Shown: piece after piece, positions 37,075 to 46,682 of the stretch
How positions within the stretch are numbered: the stretch's first letter is position 1
Layout: the number at the start of each line of letters is the position of its first letter
DNA from: an uncultured delta proteobacterium
GTDB taxonomy: Bacteria > Desulfobacterota > BSN033 > UBA1163
DNA: 64,000 bases
Assembly: GCA_963765435.1 (NCBI GenBank)
Contig: CAVXWK010000002.1
Coordinates: forward strand, 1,561,664-1,625,663
Direction: 5' to 3'
Made by a program: the position numbers and the translations under genes
The notes under the pieces: model-generated
What the model saw: only the letters and a program-made list of their open reading frames with translations
Told to the model about the DNA's origin: nothing
Database searches by the model: none

Positions 37075-37653
37075 ATGAAAAGAGGAATCTGGCGATACGT
37101 TCGAAATATCAAGAACCGGATGATATTCGGATATTATGGACGGAATGTTTACATCTTCCCGGGGGTGCGTATTCTAAGACCTCGATTCATCTCCATCGGG
37201 GATAATGTGACCATTGGTAGAGACACGGACATCTATGTCCACCGGCCCCATTCGGGATCGAAGGATTCTATTATTCGGATTGGCAACAATGTTCATATCG
37301 GAAGTCACAATATTATCGGGGCGCGAAAGAGTATCATCCTAGAGGACAATGTCTTGATTGGGCCCCATGTCATGATTGGAGACCACAGCCACCGTTATGA
37401 GAATATAGAGATTCCCGTAAAGCTGCAGGAGACCACGGAAGGAGGACCTATTCGAATCGAGAGGGATAGCTGGATTGGTGCGAACGTTTTCATTTTACCC
37501 AATGTGACCATTGGCCGGCATTCGGTGGTAGGGGCGAATTCGGTTGTTAATCGGAATATTTCACCATACTCGGTTGCAGTGGGCCTTCCAGCCCGAGTCA
37601 TTAAAAAATATGATTTCAATCTTAAGCAATGGGTAAAGGTTGATGAGCGATAA
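37075..37653 (+). CDS. Left-handed beta-helix (hexapeptide) O-acetyltransferase, paralog 2
   Basis: IGDHSHRYEN...IERDSWIGANVFILPNVTIGRHSVVGANSVVNRNISPYSVAVGLPARVIKKYD. Confidence 0.8.
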   Translation: MKRGIWRYVRNIKNRMIFGYYGRNVYIFPGVRILRPRFISIGDNVTIGRDTDIYVHRPHSGSKDSIIRIGNNVHIGSHNIIGARKSIILEDNVLIGPHVMIGDHSHRYENIEIPVKLQETTEGGPIRIERDSWIGANVFILPNVTIGRHSVVGANSVVNRNISPYSVAVGLPARVIKKYDFNLKQWVKVDER

Positions 37654-38287
37654 GGTTTCTTGGAGTAAACTATTTAGATATCGAGATAAAACTCATGAAT
37701 ACTATCATGATATCTGGGATTTGAAGATTCTCCGGAAAAGATTTCCTTTAATGCTGGAAAATATTCGGGATGGAGAAAAGGTCCTTGACGTTGGAGCTTC
37801 AAACCGAAATCTTCAGGAGCGACTGAGACGCCATTTCCCCAAATTAATTTATAAGAGCATGGATATTGACCGAGACCAGCTTCACGACTTTTACAGCCTG
37901 GAGGATGTTCAAGAGCCTTTTGACGTTGTCCTTCTTTTTGAGGTCATCGAACATTTGGGTCTTGAAGAAGGGGTCCAACTTATCAGGAAGATTTATGATC
38001 TCCTCAATGAGGGAGGACGATTGATCTTGACCACTCCCAATGTGTTCAATCCCAGCCGGTTTTGGAGGGATGCGACGCATAAGGTGGCCTATTGTTATGA
38101 CGAGTTGGGTGGTCTTCTTCTCGCCCATGGTTTTCAAATCAAGGCGATGTATCGAACCTACAGCGATGCCTTCCACCGCTATCTCTTCAGGATCTATGTC
38201 ATGGCCCCTCTTCATCGGTATCTGGGCATCGACTTTGCGAAATCCATTTTAGTGATCGCAGAAAAGAAATCGAGCGGCATGAAATGA
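37640..38287 (+). CDS. Class I SAM-dependent methyltransferase
   Basis: Motif I VLDVGASN, then VVLLFEVIEHL and GGRLILTTPN. Confidence 0.7.
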   Translation: MMSDKVSWSKLFRYRDKTHEYYHDIWDLKILRKRFPLMLENIRDGEKVLDVGASNRNLQERLRRHFPKLIYKSMDIDRDQLHDFYSLEDVQEPFDVVLLFEVIEHLGLEEGVQLIRKIYDLLNEGGRLILTTPNVFNPSRFWRDATHKVAYCYDELGGLLLAHGFQIKAMYRTYSDAFHRYLFRIYVMAPLHRYLGIDFAKSILVIAEKKSSGMK

Positions 38288-39279
38288 GAATCATCTTCCT
38301 CACCCATTCCAGTGATCAGGGGCATCGGTTCCGGGTGGAGCAATATTTCCCTTATCTGATCGCCCACGGGGTGGAACCGAAGTGGCAACCCCTCTCCGGT
38401 TCATGGAGGAAACGGTTGATCCTTTATCGTCAGCTTCCTCTCTTCGATGCGGTCTGTATTCAAAGGAGACTATTGTCTCCTTTTGAATTTTATTGGATCC
38501 GAAAAAAGTCTTCGAGAATTCTTTTCGATCTCGATGATGCCGTTATGTACCGGTCTTCCAGTTCTCCTCACCCTCATTCTTTGTCCAGGTGGCTGAAATT
38601 CAGATCGATGGTCAAAGGAAGCGATGTCGTGACGGTAGGAAACCGGTTTTTAAAGAGCCAGGTCCTCAAGGTGGATCCGGAGAAAAAGGTCTTTATCATT
38701 CCCACGTCCATCGATACGAAGCTTTATCCAAAAAAGAAGAAAATGTCTAACCATGGGGAGATCACTTTAGGATGGATTGGGACCAAAGGAAACTTGAAAT
38801 ACCTCAAAAAATTGGAACCTGTCTTTGAGACCATTCGCCAAAGATTTCCCCAGGTCAAGCTGAAGATCGTAAGCAATGATTTTTATGATTCCCTCCACCT
38901 TCCGGTCGTCAAGAAACTTTGGAAATTGGAGGATGAGAATGAAGATCTGATCTCTTTCGACATCGGACTGATGCCCCTGGACGATGATCTATGGTCGAAA
39001 GGGAAATGTGGATTGAAGATCATTCAATATCTCAGCGTCGGGGTGCCTGCCGTTTGCACTCCCGTGGGAATTAATTCGGATATCGTTAAAGACGGGGAGA
39101 ATGGTTTTGGGGCGATGGATCATCAGGAATGGGTGGATCGCTTGTCGAACCTCATCCAAAATCCGGATCTTAGGTTGCAAATGGGGTTAAAGGGAATAGA
39201 GACCGTAGAGCGGGGATACTCGCTGACGGTCGCCTCTGAAAAGTTTTTTCAAGTTCTTCAGAAGCTTGTCGGGAGATAA
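38284..39279 (+). CDS. GT-B glycosyltransferase, paralog 1
   Basis: ITLGWIGTKGNLKYL and KCGLKIIQYLSVGVPAVCTPVGINSDIVKDGENGF. It is collinear with the next gene. Confidence 0.7.
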   Translation: MRIIFLTHSSDQGHRFRVEQYFPYLIAHGVEPKWQPLSGSWRKRLILYRQLPLFDAVCIQRRLLSPFEFYWIRKKSSRILFDLDDAVMYRSSSSPHPHSLSRWLKFRSMVKGSDVVTVGNRFLKSQVLKVDPEKKVFIIPTSIDTKLYPKKKKMSNHGEITLGWIGTKGNLKYLKKLEPVFETIRQRFPQVKLKIVSNDFYDSLHLPVVKKLWKLEDENEDLISFDIGLMPLDDDLWSKGKCGLKIIQYLSVGVPAVCTPVGINSDIVKDGENGFGAMDHQEWVDRLSNLIQNPDLRLQMGLKGIETVERGYSLTVASEKFFQVLQKLVGR

Positions 39280-40296
39280 ATGAGAGTCCTGTTTCTGATC
39301 CAAGGTTTCTCCGTAGCCGCCAGCCGGTATCGGGTGCTCCAATACATTCCGTATTTGGAGTCCAAGGGGGTGGAGGCTAAGGTCAGCCTCTATCCGAGGA
39401 CCTTGAAGGAGAATTTTCGATTCTTCAACGAGCTCTCCCAGTATGATATCGTTTTTCTTCAGAGGAAAAGGTTCAGCCAGCCCAGGCTCACGCTATTGAG
39501 AAGGAAAGCGAAAAGGATCGTCTACGATTTCGATGATTCGGTGATGTATCGAAACTCGAAGGCAGAAGACCCGCTCTCATCAACCCGAAGAAGGCGTTTT
39601 GTCAAGATGGTAAAAAACTCTGACTTCGTCATCGCCGGAAATGAATTTTTGAAGAGCCAGGTGCTTCCATTGAATCAAAATGTCGAGGTGATCCCTACGG
39701 CGATTATTGAGGAAAGATATCAATTAAAGACCTATTCGGCTCAGCCGGCGAGGGTGATCCTCGGCTGGATCGGGGATCACGGCTCTATTCATTATTTAGA
39801 AAAAATGAGGCCCATCTTCGAGAGGATAGGGGAGAAATATCCTCATGTGGAACTCAAGATTGTCTGTGACACGTTTTTTGACTGCGATAAGATGAGGGTG
39901 ATCAAGAAGAATTGGAGTTCAGAAGAAGAGGTGACTGATCTTCAAGGATTTGATATCGGACTGATGCCTCTTGTTGATGACCCATGGTCATGGGGGAAAT
40001 GCGGCCTCAAGATTATCCAGTACCAGGGAGTAGGTGTTCCCGTGGTTTGTACCCCTGTGGGGATCAACAAGGACTTGGTCGAGGACGGGGCCAATGGATT
40101 TTGGGCGAAAACTCCCATGGAATGGGAAGAGAAGCTTTCGCTCCTCATTGAAAATCCTAAGTTGCGGGAGCAGATGGGCCGCGAGGGGAGGATGAGGGTT
40201 TTGAAAGATTATACCAACGAAGTCTGTGCGCCTCGTCTCTTTTCGATCCTGACTCGTATGATAGAGAAACCATCGAAGGGAAGGAGATCTTATTGA
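39280..40296 (+). CDS. GT-B glycosyltransferase, paralog 2
   Basis: ILGWIGDHGSIHYL and KCGLKIIQYQGVGVPVVCTPVGINKDLVEDGANGF. Confidence 0.7.
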   Translation: MRVLFLIQGFSVAASRYRVLQYIPYLESKGVEAKVSLYPRTLKENFRFFNELSQYDIVFLQRKRFSQPRLTLLRRKAKRIVYDFDDSVMYRNSKAEDPLSSTRRRRFVKMVKNSDFVIAGNEFLKSQVLPLNQNVEVIPTAIIEERYQLKTYSAQPARVILGWIGDHGSIHYLEKMRPIFERIGEKYPHVELKIVCDTFFDCDKMRVIKKNWSSEEEVTDLQGFDIGLMPLVDDPWSWGKCGLKIIQYQGVGVPVVCTPVGINKDLVEDGANGFWAKTPMEWEEKLSLLIENPKLREQMGREGRMRVLKDYTNEVCAPRLFSILTRMIEKPSKGRRSY

Positions 40297-40904
40297 GAGA
40301 AGCGATTGTCAACTACGTCAAATGGGCGATCGGGCGTTTCCCCTTTGAGGAACCCATCCTCGATACCTGCGCTGGATGGGAGCCGAATTTTTATCAGCCC
40401 CTCTTTCCAGGAAAACGGTATATTAAGCAGGATATGACGGACTTCAACCCGACCTGCATTGACATTATCTGTGATATTGCGAACATGAAGCCAATTTCCA
40501 ACGAGAGCATTGGATTGGTATTGAACCTCGAATCCCTTGAACATCTTCCCTACCCTCAAAGGGGGATCGATGAGATACACCGTGTGCTTCGCCCAGACGG
40601 ACTTCTCATCCTAACCACGGTGATGCACTTTAAAATCCATCGTGCTCCTAAGGATTATTGGAGATTTACGCCGGATGGCATCGAGCTTCTGTTGAATCGA
40701 TTTAAAATTCTGGATTGCACTTTAGAGAAAGATTTAAAAAGACCGAAGGGGATCTGGGTCACCGCTCAGAAAACATCAAACCGGGAGGAATGGGGGAAAC
40801 TCCCTCCCTTGAGAAGAGTGGGAAGTGATGACCGAATCATAAAAAAGTTAGGGCGGAGGATGACGCGCCTCAAAAGGATTTTTTATTCCCAACCTTTAGG
40901 ATGA
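40293..40904 (+). CDS. Class I SAM-dependent methyltransferase
   Basis: TTG start overlapping the upstream stop. ILDTCAGW (motif I-like), LESLEHLPYP and DGLLILTT. Confidence 0.65.
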   Translation: MREAIVNYVKWAIGRFPFEEPILDTCAGWEPNFYQPLFPGKRYIKQDMTDFNPTCIDIICDIANMKPISNESIGLVLNLESLEHLPYPQRGIDEIHRVLRPDGLLILTTVMHFKIHRAPKDYWRFTPDGIELLLNRFKILDCTLEKDLKRPKGIWVTAQKTSNREEWGKLPPLRRVGSDDRIIKKLGRRMTRLKRIFYSQPLG

Positions 40905-41004
40905 AAAGGTTGAAAAAGAAATGGATAATTTTTTTGACTTATGAGGGAAGACAAAGAAAGAGGGAAGATCGTTCATGTCTTCCCGAAGGAGAGGTTGAGG
41001 AGAG

Positions 41005-41763
41005 ATGACTTTAACAGAGGGAAATCATCCTAACAAGAAATGGAGTTATGGGGCAGTTGCTTTGTCGAGGGGCGAAGCCCACGATAAGGTGATCGAGATG
41101 ATGGGAAAAGAATCCAGAGGAAAAGTCTTGGACGTCCCCACGGGCACGGGGATTTTGGCAGACCGGCTGAAAAGGATGGGGTTTGAGGTTTCCTGCTGTG
41201 ATATTAATCCCTCCTATTTTTCAGTCCCGGACCTGAAGATGGAGATCGGTGATCTCAACCACTCCATTCCTTACGGAGACCGTTCCTTCGATTACCTCAT
41301 CAGCATCGATGGCATTGAGCATACAGAAAACCCGTCCAATGCCATCCGTGAATTCGCAAGGGTTTTGAGAAAGGGAGGGAAAATTTTTCTCACGACTGCC
41401 AATTTTCTTAACATTGAGCGAAGGCTCCGGTTTCTTTTTCGAGGTTCTTTTTCTAAGATTCCTTCCCGCGAGACAGTCGAAAAGATATGGAGAGGCGATC
41501 TTTCGATGGCCCACATCAGTCCCCTGGGGTATCCGCTGCTGAAGTTTATGATGGAGCATCAAGGATTTCGGATCCTCGGGGTGGAGAAAGACCGAGCTAA
41601 GCCGAGGATGAAATGGTTGTTGCCCATCGTCTGGATCATTCGTCTCTACGGACGTTTCCTCTCAAGGGAGAGTCGGGAGTTATACCGGTTGAATGAGACC
41701 TTGTCCGATGAGATTATGATGGGCGGAAATACCTTGATCATCGTGGGAGAAAAGGTGGTTTAG
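41005..41763 (+). CDS. Class I SAM-dependent methyltransferase
   Basis: VLDVPTGTGILA, CCDIN, LISIDGIEH and GGKIFLTTAN. Confidence 0.7.
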   Translation: MTLTEGNHPNKKWSYGAVALSRGEAHDKVIEMMGKESRGKVLDVPTGTGILADRLKRMGFEVSCCDINPSYFSVPDLKMEIGDLNHSIPYGDRSFDYLISIDGIEHTENPSNAIREFARVLRKGGKIFLTTANFLNIERRLRFLFRGSFSKIPSRETVEKIWRGDLSMAHISPLGYPLLKFMMEHQGFRILGVEKDRAKPRMKWLLPIVWIIRLYGRFLSRESRELYRLNETLSDEIMMGGNTLIIVGEKVV

Positions 41764-41766
41764 GCA

Positions 41767-42750
41767 GTGAGAATGATGCCTTGTGAAATTTGCGGGTCGA
41801 ATCAACATCGATTTCTTTTTGATGGATGGGATCGTTTATTTGGGGTTCCCGGAGTTTTCAAAGTGGTACAGTGCAAAGAATGTGGCCTCATCTTTGTCAA
41901 TCCTCAACCCGAACCGGAGGCACTGAAAGAATATTATCCAAAGGACTACTATACTTCCAATCCGCGCCATTACAGAGAATACTCCCGGTCGAGAAGAAAG
42001 GTATTGGAAACCTATTGGGGGTATGGGTCTCATTCCAATTCCCACCCGAACACGCATCTCTTAAAAAAAATGGTCATGCTGCCATTTCGAATCAAGTATC
42101 AGCACTGTATCCCCTTTGTCGAAGGGGGGAGGCTTTTAGACATTGGGTGCGGGAATGGAACAGAGCTTTATAAATTAAAATTAATGGGTTGGGATGTATA
42201 CGGAGTAGAGATAGATGCCGAAGCCTCTGAGCGGGCGAGGTCAAAGGGGCTTTCTCTTTTCACTGGAGAGCTTCTTGAAGCGAATTATCCTGATCATTTC
42301 TTCCATGTGGTCAGGATGAGTTTTGTTTTGGAGCACCTCCGCAATCCGAAAGAAGTCCTTCTTGAGATCAAGAGAGTTCTCATGCCGAAAGGGCGAGTTT
42401 ATATCTCCGTCCAGAATGCGAGAAGCCTGAACTACTGGCTGTTCCGTAAGTGTTGGTTTAGTTTGGATGTCCCCCGGCACCTTTTCTCCTTTACTCCTGA
42501 GACTATTCAAAAACTTCTCTCCCCATTAGGCCTGAGGGTTAAGACGCTGTGGTTCGATTCTGGGGAGAGGAATTTCTTGGCAAGTCTTCAATATTGGATG
42601 AATGAACGATATGGTCGGGGAGCAGTTTGTAAGAAGCCTCAACCGGTTGCAGAAAGTCGTTTTCTGAAGCTCCTTTTTGGTCCATTTTGTTGGGCGGTGG
42701 ATCGATTGAGATTTGGAGATCTGATGCATCTGGAGGTCGTTAAGGATTGA
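41767..42750 (+). CDS. Class I SAM-dependent methyltransferase with N-terminal Cys4 zinc ribbon
   Basis: CEICGS...CKECGL, followed by LLDIGCGNGTEL, VRMSFVLEHL and KGRVYISVQN. Confidence 0.7.
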   Translation: MRMMPCEICGSNQHRFLFDGWDRLFGVPGVFKVVQCKECGLIFVNPQPEPEALKEYYPKDYYTSNPRHYREYSRSRRKVLETYWGYGSHSNSHPNTHLLKKMVMLPFRIKYQHCIPFVEGGRLLDIGCGNGTELYKLKLMGWDVYGVEIDAEASERARSKGLSLFTGELLEANYPDHFFHVVRMSFVLEHLRNPKEVLLEIKRVLMPKGRVYISVQNARSLNYWLFRKCWFSLDVPRHLFSFTPETIQKLLSPLGLRVKTLWFDSGERNFLASLQYWMNERYGRGAVCKKPQPVAESRFLKLLFGPFCWAVDRLRFGDLMHLEVVKD

Positions 42751-43697
42751 TCGATTTATCCATCCTGATTGTCAGCTGGAATACGAAAGAATTTCTGCTC
42801 CCTTGTATCAGAGCAGCTTCTGAAAAGGAAGAAGGAATATCCAGGGAGATCATTGTGGTCGATAACGGCTCCCAGGATGGGAGTGTAAGCGAAGTAAAGC
42901 AGGCATTTCTCTTCGTTCATGTCATCGAAAATGAGAGAAACTTAGGATTTGCGAAGGCCGTCAACCAAGGACTTCAAAAAGCATCGGGTAGATATGTTCT
43001 TCTTCTGAATCCGGATACACAGGTGAAAAATGGAGCGATCCGACAATTGGTTTCGTTTATGGATGAGTGTTCCAATGCCGGGGTGGCCGGAGCCCAGCTA
43101 TTGAATGGTGATGGGTCAAAACAGAACTCAATTGCCAATTTCCCGTCCTTGACTACGGAGCTCCTTAATAAAAGCCTCCTGAGGTGGTTATTCCCGAAAA
43201 AGTTTCCAGGAAAAGAGAGAAATTATTCTGAGCCTGTAGAAGTGGATTCGGTGATCGGTGCGTGTATGATGGTGAGGCGGGCGGCCTTGGAGCAGGTAGG
43301 CTTATTGGATGAGGATTATTTCCTTTTTCTCGAAGAGACGGATTGGTGCTATCGTATGAAGAGGGCAGGTTGGAAAGTCTACCATGTTCCGCAGGCTGAG
43401 GTCTATCATTTTCAAGGGAAGAGCGCGGAGAAAGATAGAAAAAGGGCGAAGGTCGAATACTACCGGTCCCGTTACCATTTTTTTAAAAGAGGCAAGGGGA
43501 ATACTCAATTCTTAATTCTCTGCATCGGATTGGTCATTAAGCTGATTGTTGAAGTGCTTTCCACCGGAGTAAGATGTTTTGTCACTTTATTTGCCGTCAA
43601 GAAATGGAGACAAAGGTTTTTTATCTATGCCTACCTAATTTGGTGGCACCTAAGGTTGTGTCCCAAAGCAATGGGGCTGAAACAACAAAGGCGCTAA
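42747..43697 (+). CDS. GT2 glycosyltransferase (rhamnosyltransferase-like) with C-terminal TM segments
   Basis: LSILIVSWNTKEFL, VVDNGSQDGS, LLLNPDT and FLFLEETDWCYR. Confidence 0.8.
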   Translation: MIDLSILIVSWNTKEFLLPCIRAASEKEEGISREIIVVDNGSQDGSVSEVKQAFLFVHVIENERNLGFAKAVNQGLQKASGRYVLLLNPDTQVKNGAIRQLVSFMDECSNAGVAGAQLLNGDGSKQNSIANFPSLTTELLNKSLLRWLFPKKFPGKERNYSEPVEVDSVIGACMMVRRAALEQVGLLDEDYFLFLEETDWCYRMKRAGWKVYHVPQAEVYHFQGKSAEKDRKRAKVEYYRSRYHFFKRGKGNTQFLILCIGLVIKLIVEVLSTGVRCFVTLFAVKKWRQRFFIYAYLIWWHLRLCPKAMGLKQQRR

Positions 43698-43726
43698 GCG
43701 CTTAGCGCTCTGCGCATAGCGTTAAT
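43691..43726. repeat. REP-E element
   Basis: gcgctaagcgcttagcgctctgcgcatagcgttaat. The core gcgctaagcgcttagcgc is palindromic. Confidence 0.8.
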
Positions 43727-43742
43727 TACGGGGGGAGGTTCC

Positions 43743-44753
43743 ATGATCAACGTTGCTGTCGTGGGAGCCGGGGCATGGGGAAAGAACCACATCCGGGTAT
43801 TTTCCGAAATTCCCAATGTTCGATTGAAATATGTCTGTGATCGCGATCCTGACAAATTGGTGTCATTACAGAAGACCTACCCCCAAACGAAGATGGTTGA
43901 GGGTTTGGAACCCATCCTTCAGGATTCAGAGGTGAGAGGAGTTGTCGTGGCTTCTTCAGCTCTCTCTCATTATTCCCTTTCGAAGGAAATCATGTTAGCG
44001 GACAAAGATGTGTTGGTAGAGAAACCCATGACCTTAAATGTAAAAGATGCCCAGGAGATGTTAGGGATCGCGGTGAAGAGGAAAAGAATCCTGATGGTCG
44101 GTCATCTTCTGATCTATCATCCTGTCGTCGACCGGTTGAAGGAAATGGTCGACTCTGGAGAATTGGGGAAGATTTACTACATTTATGCTCAGCGGGTCAA
44201 CCTCGGCGTCATCCGGCAAGATGAAAACGCCCTTCTCTCTTTTGCTCCCCATGATCTATCGGTCATCCTATACCTCCTCGAGGAAGAACCGGTTGCGGTG
44301 ACCGCTCATGGGGAAAGCTATATCCAAAAGGGCATTGAGGACGTGGTGTTTCTTGGGCTCCAATTCTCTGACGGCAAAATGGCGAATATTCATTTGAGTT
44401 GGCTGGATCCTCATAAGTTAAGGAAGATCACCATCGTAGGCTCGAAAAAGATGGTGGTCTTCGATGATATGGAAGCTTCTGAGAAACTGAAACTGTATGA
44501 CAAAGGGGTAAAGAATCCCTCTTATGATACCTATGGAGAATATCTCAGCTTGAGGTTCGGAGATATTACTATCCCGAGTATTAAGATGGCGGAGCCGCTC
44601 CGGGCTGAGGCAGAACATTTTATTGAAAGCATCGAATTGAGGAAAGAGCCTAAAACGAGTGGGCGGGACGGACTCAGAGTGGTAAAAATTCTTATGGCGG
44701 CCCAGGAGTCTTTGAAGAAGAAAGGATTTCCAATCCGCCTCGGAGGAGAATAA
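43743..44753 (+). CDS. Gfo/Idh/MocA-family NAD-dependent sugar-nucleotide oxidoreductase (WbpB/WlbA-like)
   Basis: [25 protein letters not shown], and gene context with an LbH N-acetyltransferase and a DegT aminotransferase. Confidence 0.8.
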   Translation: MINVAVVGAGAWGKNHIRVFSEIPNVRLKYVCDRDPDKLVSLQKTYPQTKMVEGLEPILQDSEVRGVVVASSALSHYSLSKEIMLADKDVLVEKPMTLNVKDAQEMLGIAVKRKRILMVGHLLIYHPVVDRLKEMVDSGELGKIYYIYAQRVNLGVIRQDENALLSFAPHDLSVILYLLEEEPVAVTAHGESYIQKGIEDVVFLGLQFSDGKMANIHLSWLDPHKLRKITIVGSKKMVVFDDMEASEKLKLYDKGVKNPSYDTYGEYLSLRFGDITIPSIKMAEPLRAEAEHFIESIELRKEPKTSGRDGLRVVKILMAAQESLKKKGFPIRLGGE

Positions 44754-44757
44754 AGGG

Positions 44758-45330
44758 ATGGGAAAGGAATACTTTATTCACCCCACGGCTGTCGTGGATG
44801 AACCCGTGGAGATTGGAAAGGGGACGAAGGTCTGGCACTTCACCCACATCATGCCAGGTGCAAAGATCGGGCAGAACTGTACCATCAGTCAAAATGTCTT
44901 TATCAGTTCAGGTGCGGTCTTAGGAAATAATATAAAGGTTCAAAACAATGTTTCTATTTTTGATGGAGTGATCTTGGAGGATGAGGTCTTCTGCGGCCCC
45001 TCCATGGTCTTTACGAATGTCTTTAACCCCAGGAGTTTCATATCGAGAAGAAAAGAGTTTCGGAAAACTCTGGTAAAAAGAGGAGCCACCCTTGGCGCGA
45101 ATGTGACGATTATCTGTGGAAATACGATTGGTCAGTATGCTTTTATTGGTGCCGGATCTGTTGTGACCAAAGATGTTCCGGATTACGCTTTGGTTTATGG
45201 AAATCCTGGAAAAGTGAAAGGGTGGGTCTGCGAATGTGCTGAGGAGATTGTTTTTCGATCCGGGAAAGCGGTCTGTAAAACCTGCGGGAGAAAATATGGA
45301 AAAGATCGAAGCGGAGTGAAGCTGGTTTAA
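44758..45330 (+). CDS. LbH N-acetyltransferase (WbpD/WlbB-like)
   Basis: [45 protein letters not shown]...[17 protein letters not shown] is the typical WlbB/WxcM-C pattern. Confidence 0.8.
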   Translation: MGKEYFIHPTAVVDEPVEIGKGTKVWHFTHIMPGAKIGQNCTISQNVFISSGAVLGNNIKVQNNVSIFDGVILEDEVFCGPSMVFTNVFNPRSFISRRKEFRKTLVKRGATLGANVTIICGNTIGQYAFIGAGSVVTKDVPDYALVYGNPGKVKGWVCECAEEIVFRSGKAVCKTCGRKYGKDRSGVKLV

Positions 45331-45485
45331 AAATAGGGGTTAAAAGGTAATGGCGAGGATGCTCGTTTCGTGAGAGGGTTACGTTGCAAGTTTTTTAGAT
45401 CATTTAACCGTAACCCTTTGACCATATACGAAACCGGCTTCGTAACCTTAACCTGTGGACTATACCCGAAGGGAAGGTTGAAGGA

Positions 45486-46646
45486 ATGAAGATGATAACC
45501 ATTGTGGGCGCACGGCCCCAATTTATTAAGGCTGCAGCGGTCAGTCGAGTGATTCGCGAATTTAATAAAAAGAAGGGCCGCATCCAGGAAATTTTGGTTC
45601 ATACCGGCCAGCATTATGATTACCTGATGGATAAAGTTTTTTTTGAAGAACTGGAACTTCCCAGACCGGATTATCATCTTGGCGTGGGTTCTGGTTCCCA
45701 TGGAAGACAAACTGGAATCATGCTTGAAAGGATCGAGTCCGTCATGAAAAAAGAAAAACCCAAGGTGGCGATGGTTTATGGGGATACGAACTCGACATTG
45801 GCCGGTGCTTTGGCTGCCGCAAAGCTTAGGATTCCCGTCGCTCATGTGGAGGCGGGTTTGAGAAGCTACAACCAGAGCATGCCCGAGGAGATTAATCGAC
45901 TTCTGACAGACCATCTTTCAACTATGCTATTCTGCCCCACTGACCAAGCTGTTCGAAATTTAGTCAAGGAAGGCATAAGAAATGGAGCAACCAAAATCGT
46001 TAAGAACGTGGGCGATGTGATGTACGATTCGATTCTCTATTATTCGAAGGTTGCTGAAAAGAAATCGCGCATTCTTCATGATTTGAATCTGGTCGATCCG
46101 CAATCCGGATTCCCTGCCTCGCCGTGGCTTCGGCAAGGCGGGCGCAATCCGCAATATTATTTAGCCACTCTCCATCGTGCCGAGAATACGGACGACCCCA
46201 AGAGGCTAAAATCTATCCTCAAAGCCTTGAACGAGATCGGAAAAAAAACTCCTGTCATCCTTCCTCTTCATCCAAGGACAAAGAAGGTGACGAAGGCCTA
46301 CCATCTCTTCTCCGAATTTAAAAATATCAAATTCATTGATCCCCTCTCCTATTTTGATATGCTCAAATTGGAAAAGAATGCAAAGGCGATCCTTACCGAT
46401 TCAGGGGGTGTCCAGAAAGAGGCTTGCTGGTTTTCCGTTCCCTGTTTTACGTTAAGGGAAGAGACCGAGTGGGTGGAGACAATTAAAAGTGGTTGGAACG
46501 TGCTGGTGGGGACGAGTGCGGAAAGGATTGTAGAAGGGATCAGTCAAATGGAGGGACGAGGGAGGTATTTAAGGGGAAATAAGATATTCGGAGATTGGAA
46601 GGCGAGTCAGAAAATCGTCCAGATTTTAGCCGGACACTTCGGTTAA
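45486..46646 (+). CDS. wecB: UDP-N-acetylglucosamine 2-epimerase (non-hydrolysing; WecB/WbpI-like)
   Basis: MITIVGARPQFIKAA, VHTGQHYD, GDTNSTLAGALAA, HVEAGLRS, LHRAENTD and TDSGGVQKEA. It carries a 17-codon insertion (see findings). Confidence 0.9.
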   Translation: MKMITIVGARPQFIKAAAVSRVIREFNKKKGRIQEILVHTGQHYDYLMDKVFFEELELPRPDYHLGVGSGSHGRQTGIMLERIESVMKKEKPKVAMVYGDTNSTLAGALAAAKLRIPVAHVEAGLRSYNQSMPEEINRLLTDHLSTMLFCPTDQAVRNLVKEGIRNGATKIVKNVGDVMYDSILYYSKVAEKKSRILHDLNLVDPQSGFPASPWLRQGGRNPQYYLATLHRAENTDDPKRLKSILKALNEIGKKTPVILPLHPRTKKVTKAYHLFSEFKNIKFIDPLSYFDMLKLEKNAKAILTDSGGVQKEACWFSVPCFTLREETEWVETIKSGWNVLVGTSAERIVEGISQMEGRGRYLRGNKIFGDWKASQKIVQILAGHFG

Positions 46647-46682
46647 TATTTTAACTTACTTATCTGCCTTCAATCTGAACCA

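Noticed and set aside
40935-40985. 9-bp stem hairpin gggaagaca...tgtcttccc upstream of the 41005 methyltransferase
   Set aside because: No U-tract follows it, so it is not a clear terminator. Only a single copy is seen. The evidence is insufficient to assign a function.
45327-45914. 195-aa minus-strand ORF spanning the intergenic region and the 5' end of wecB
   Set aside because: It is antisense to the highly conserved WecB N-terminus and has no motifs. The intergenic part is hairpin-rich non-coding DNA.
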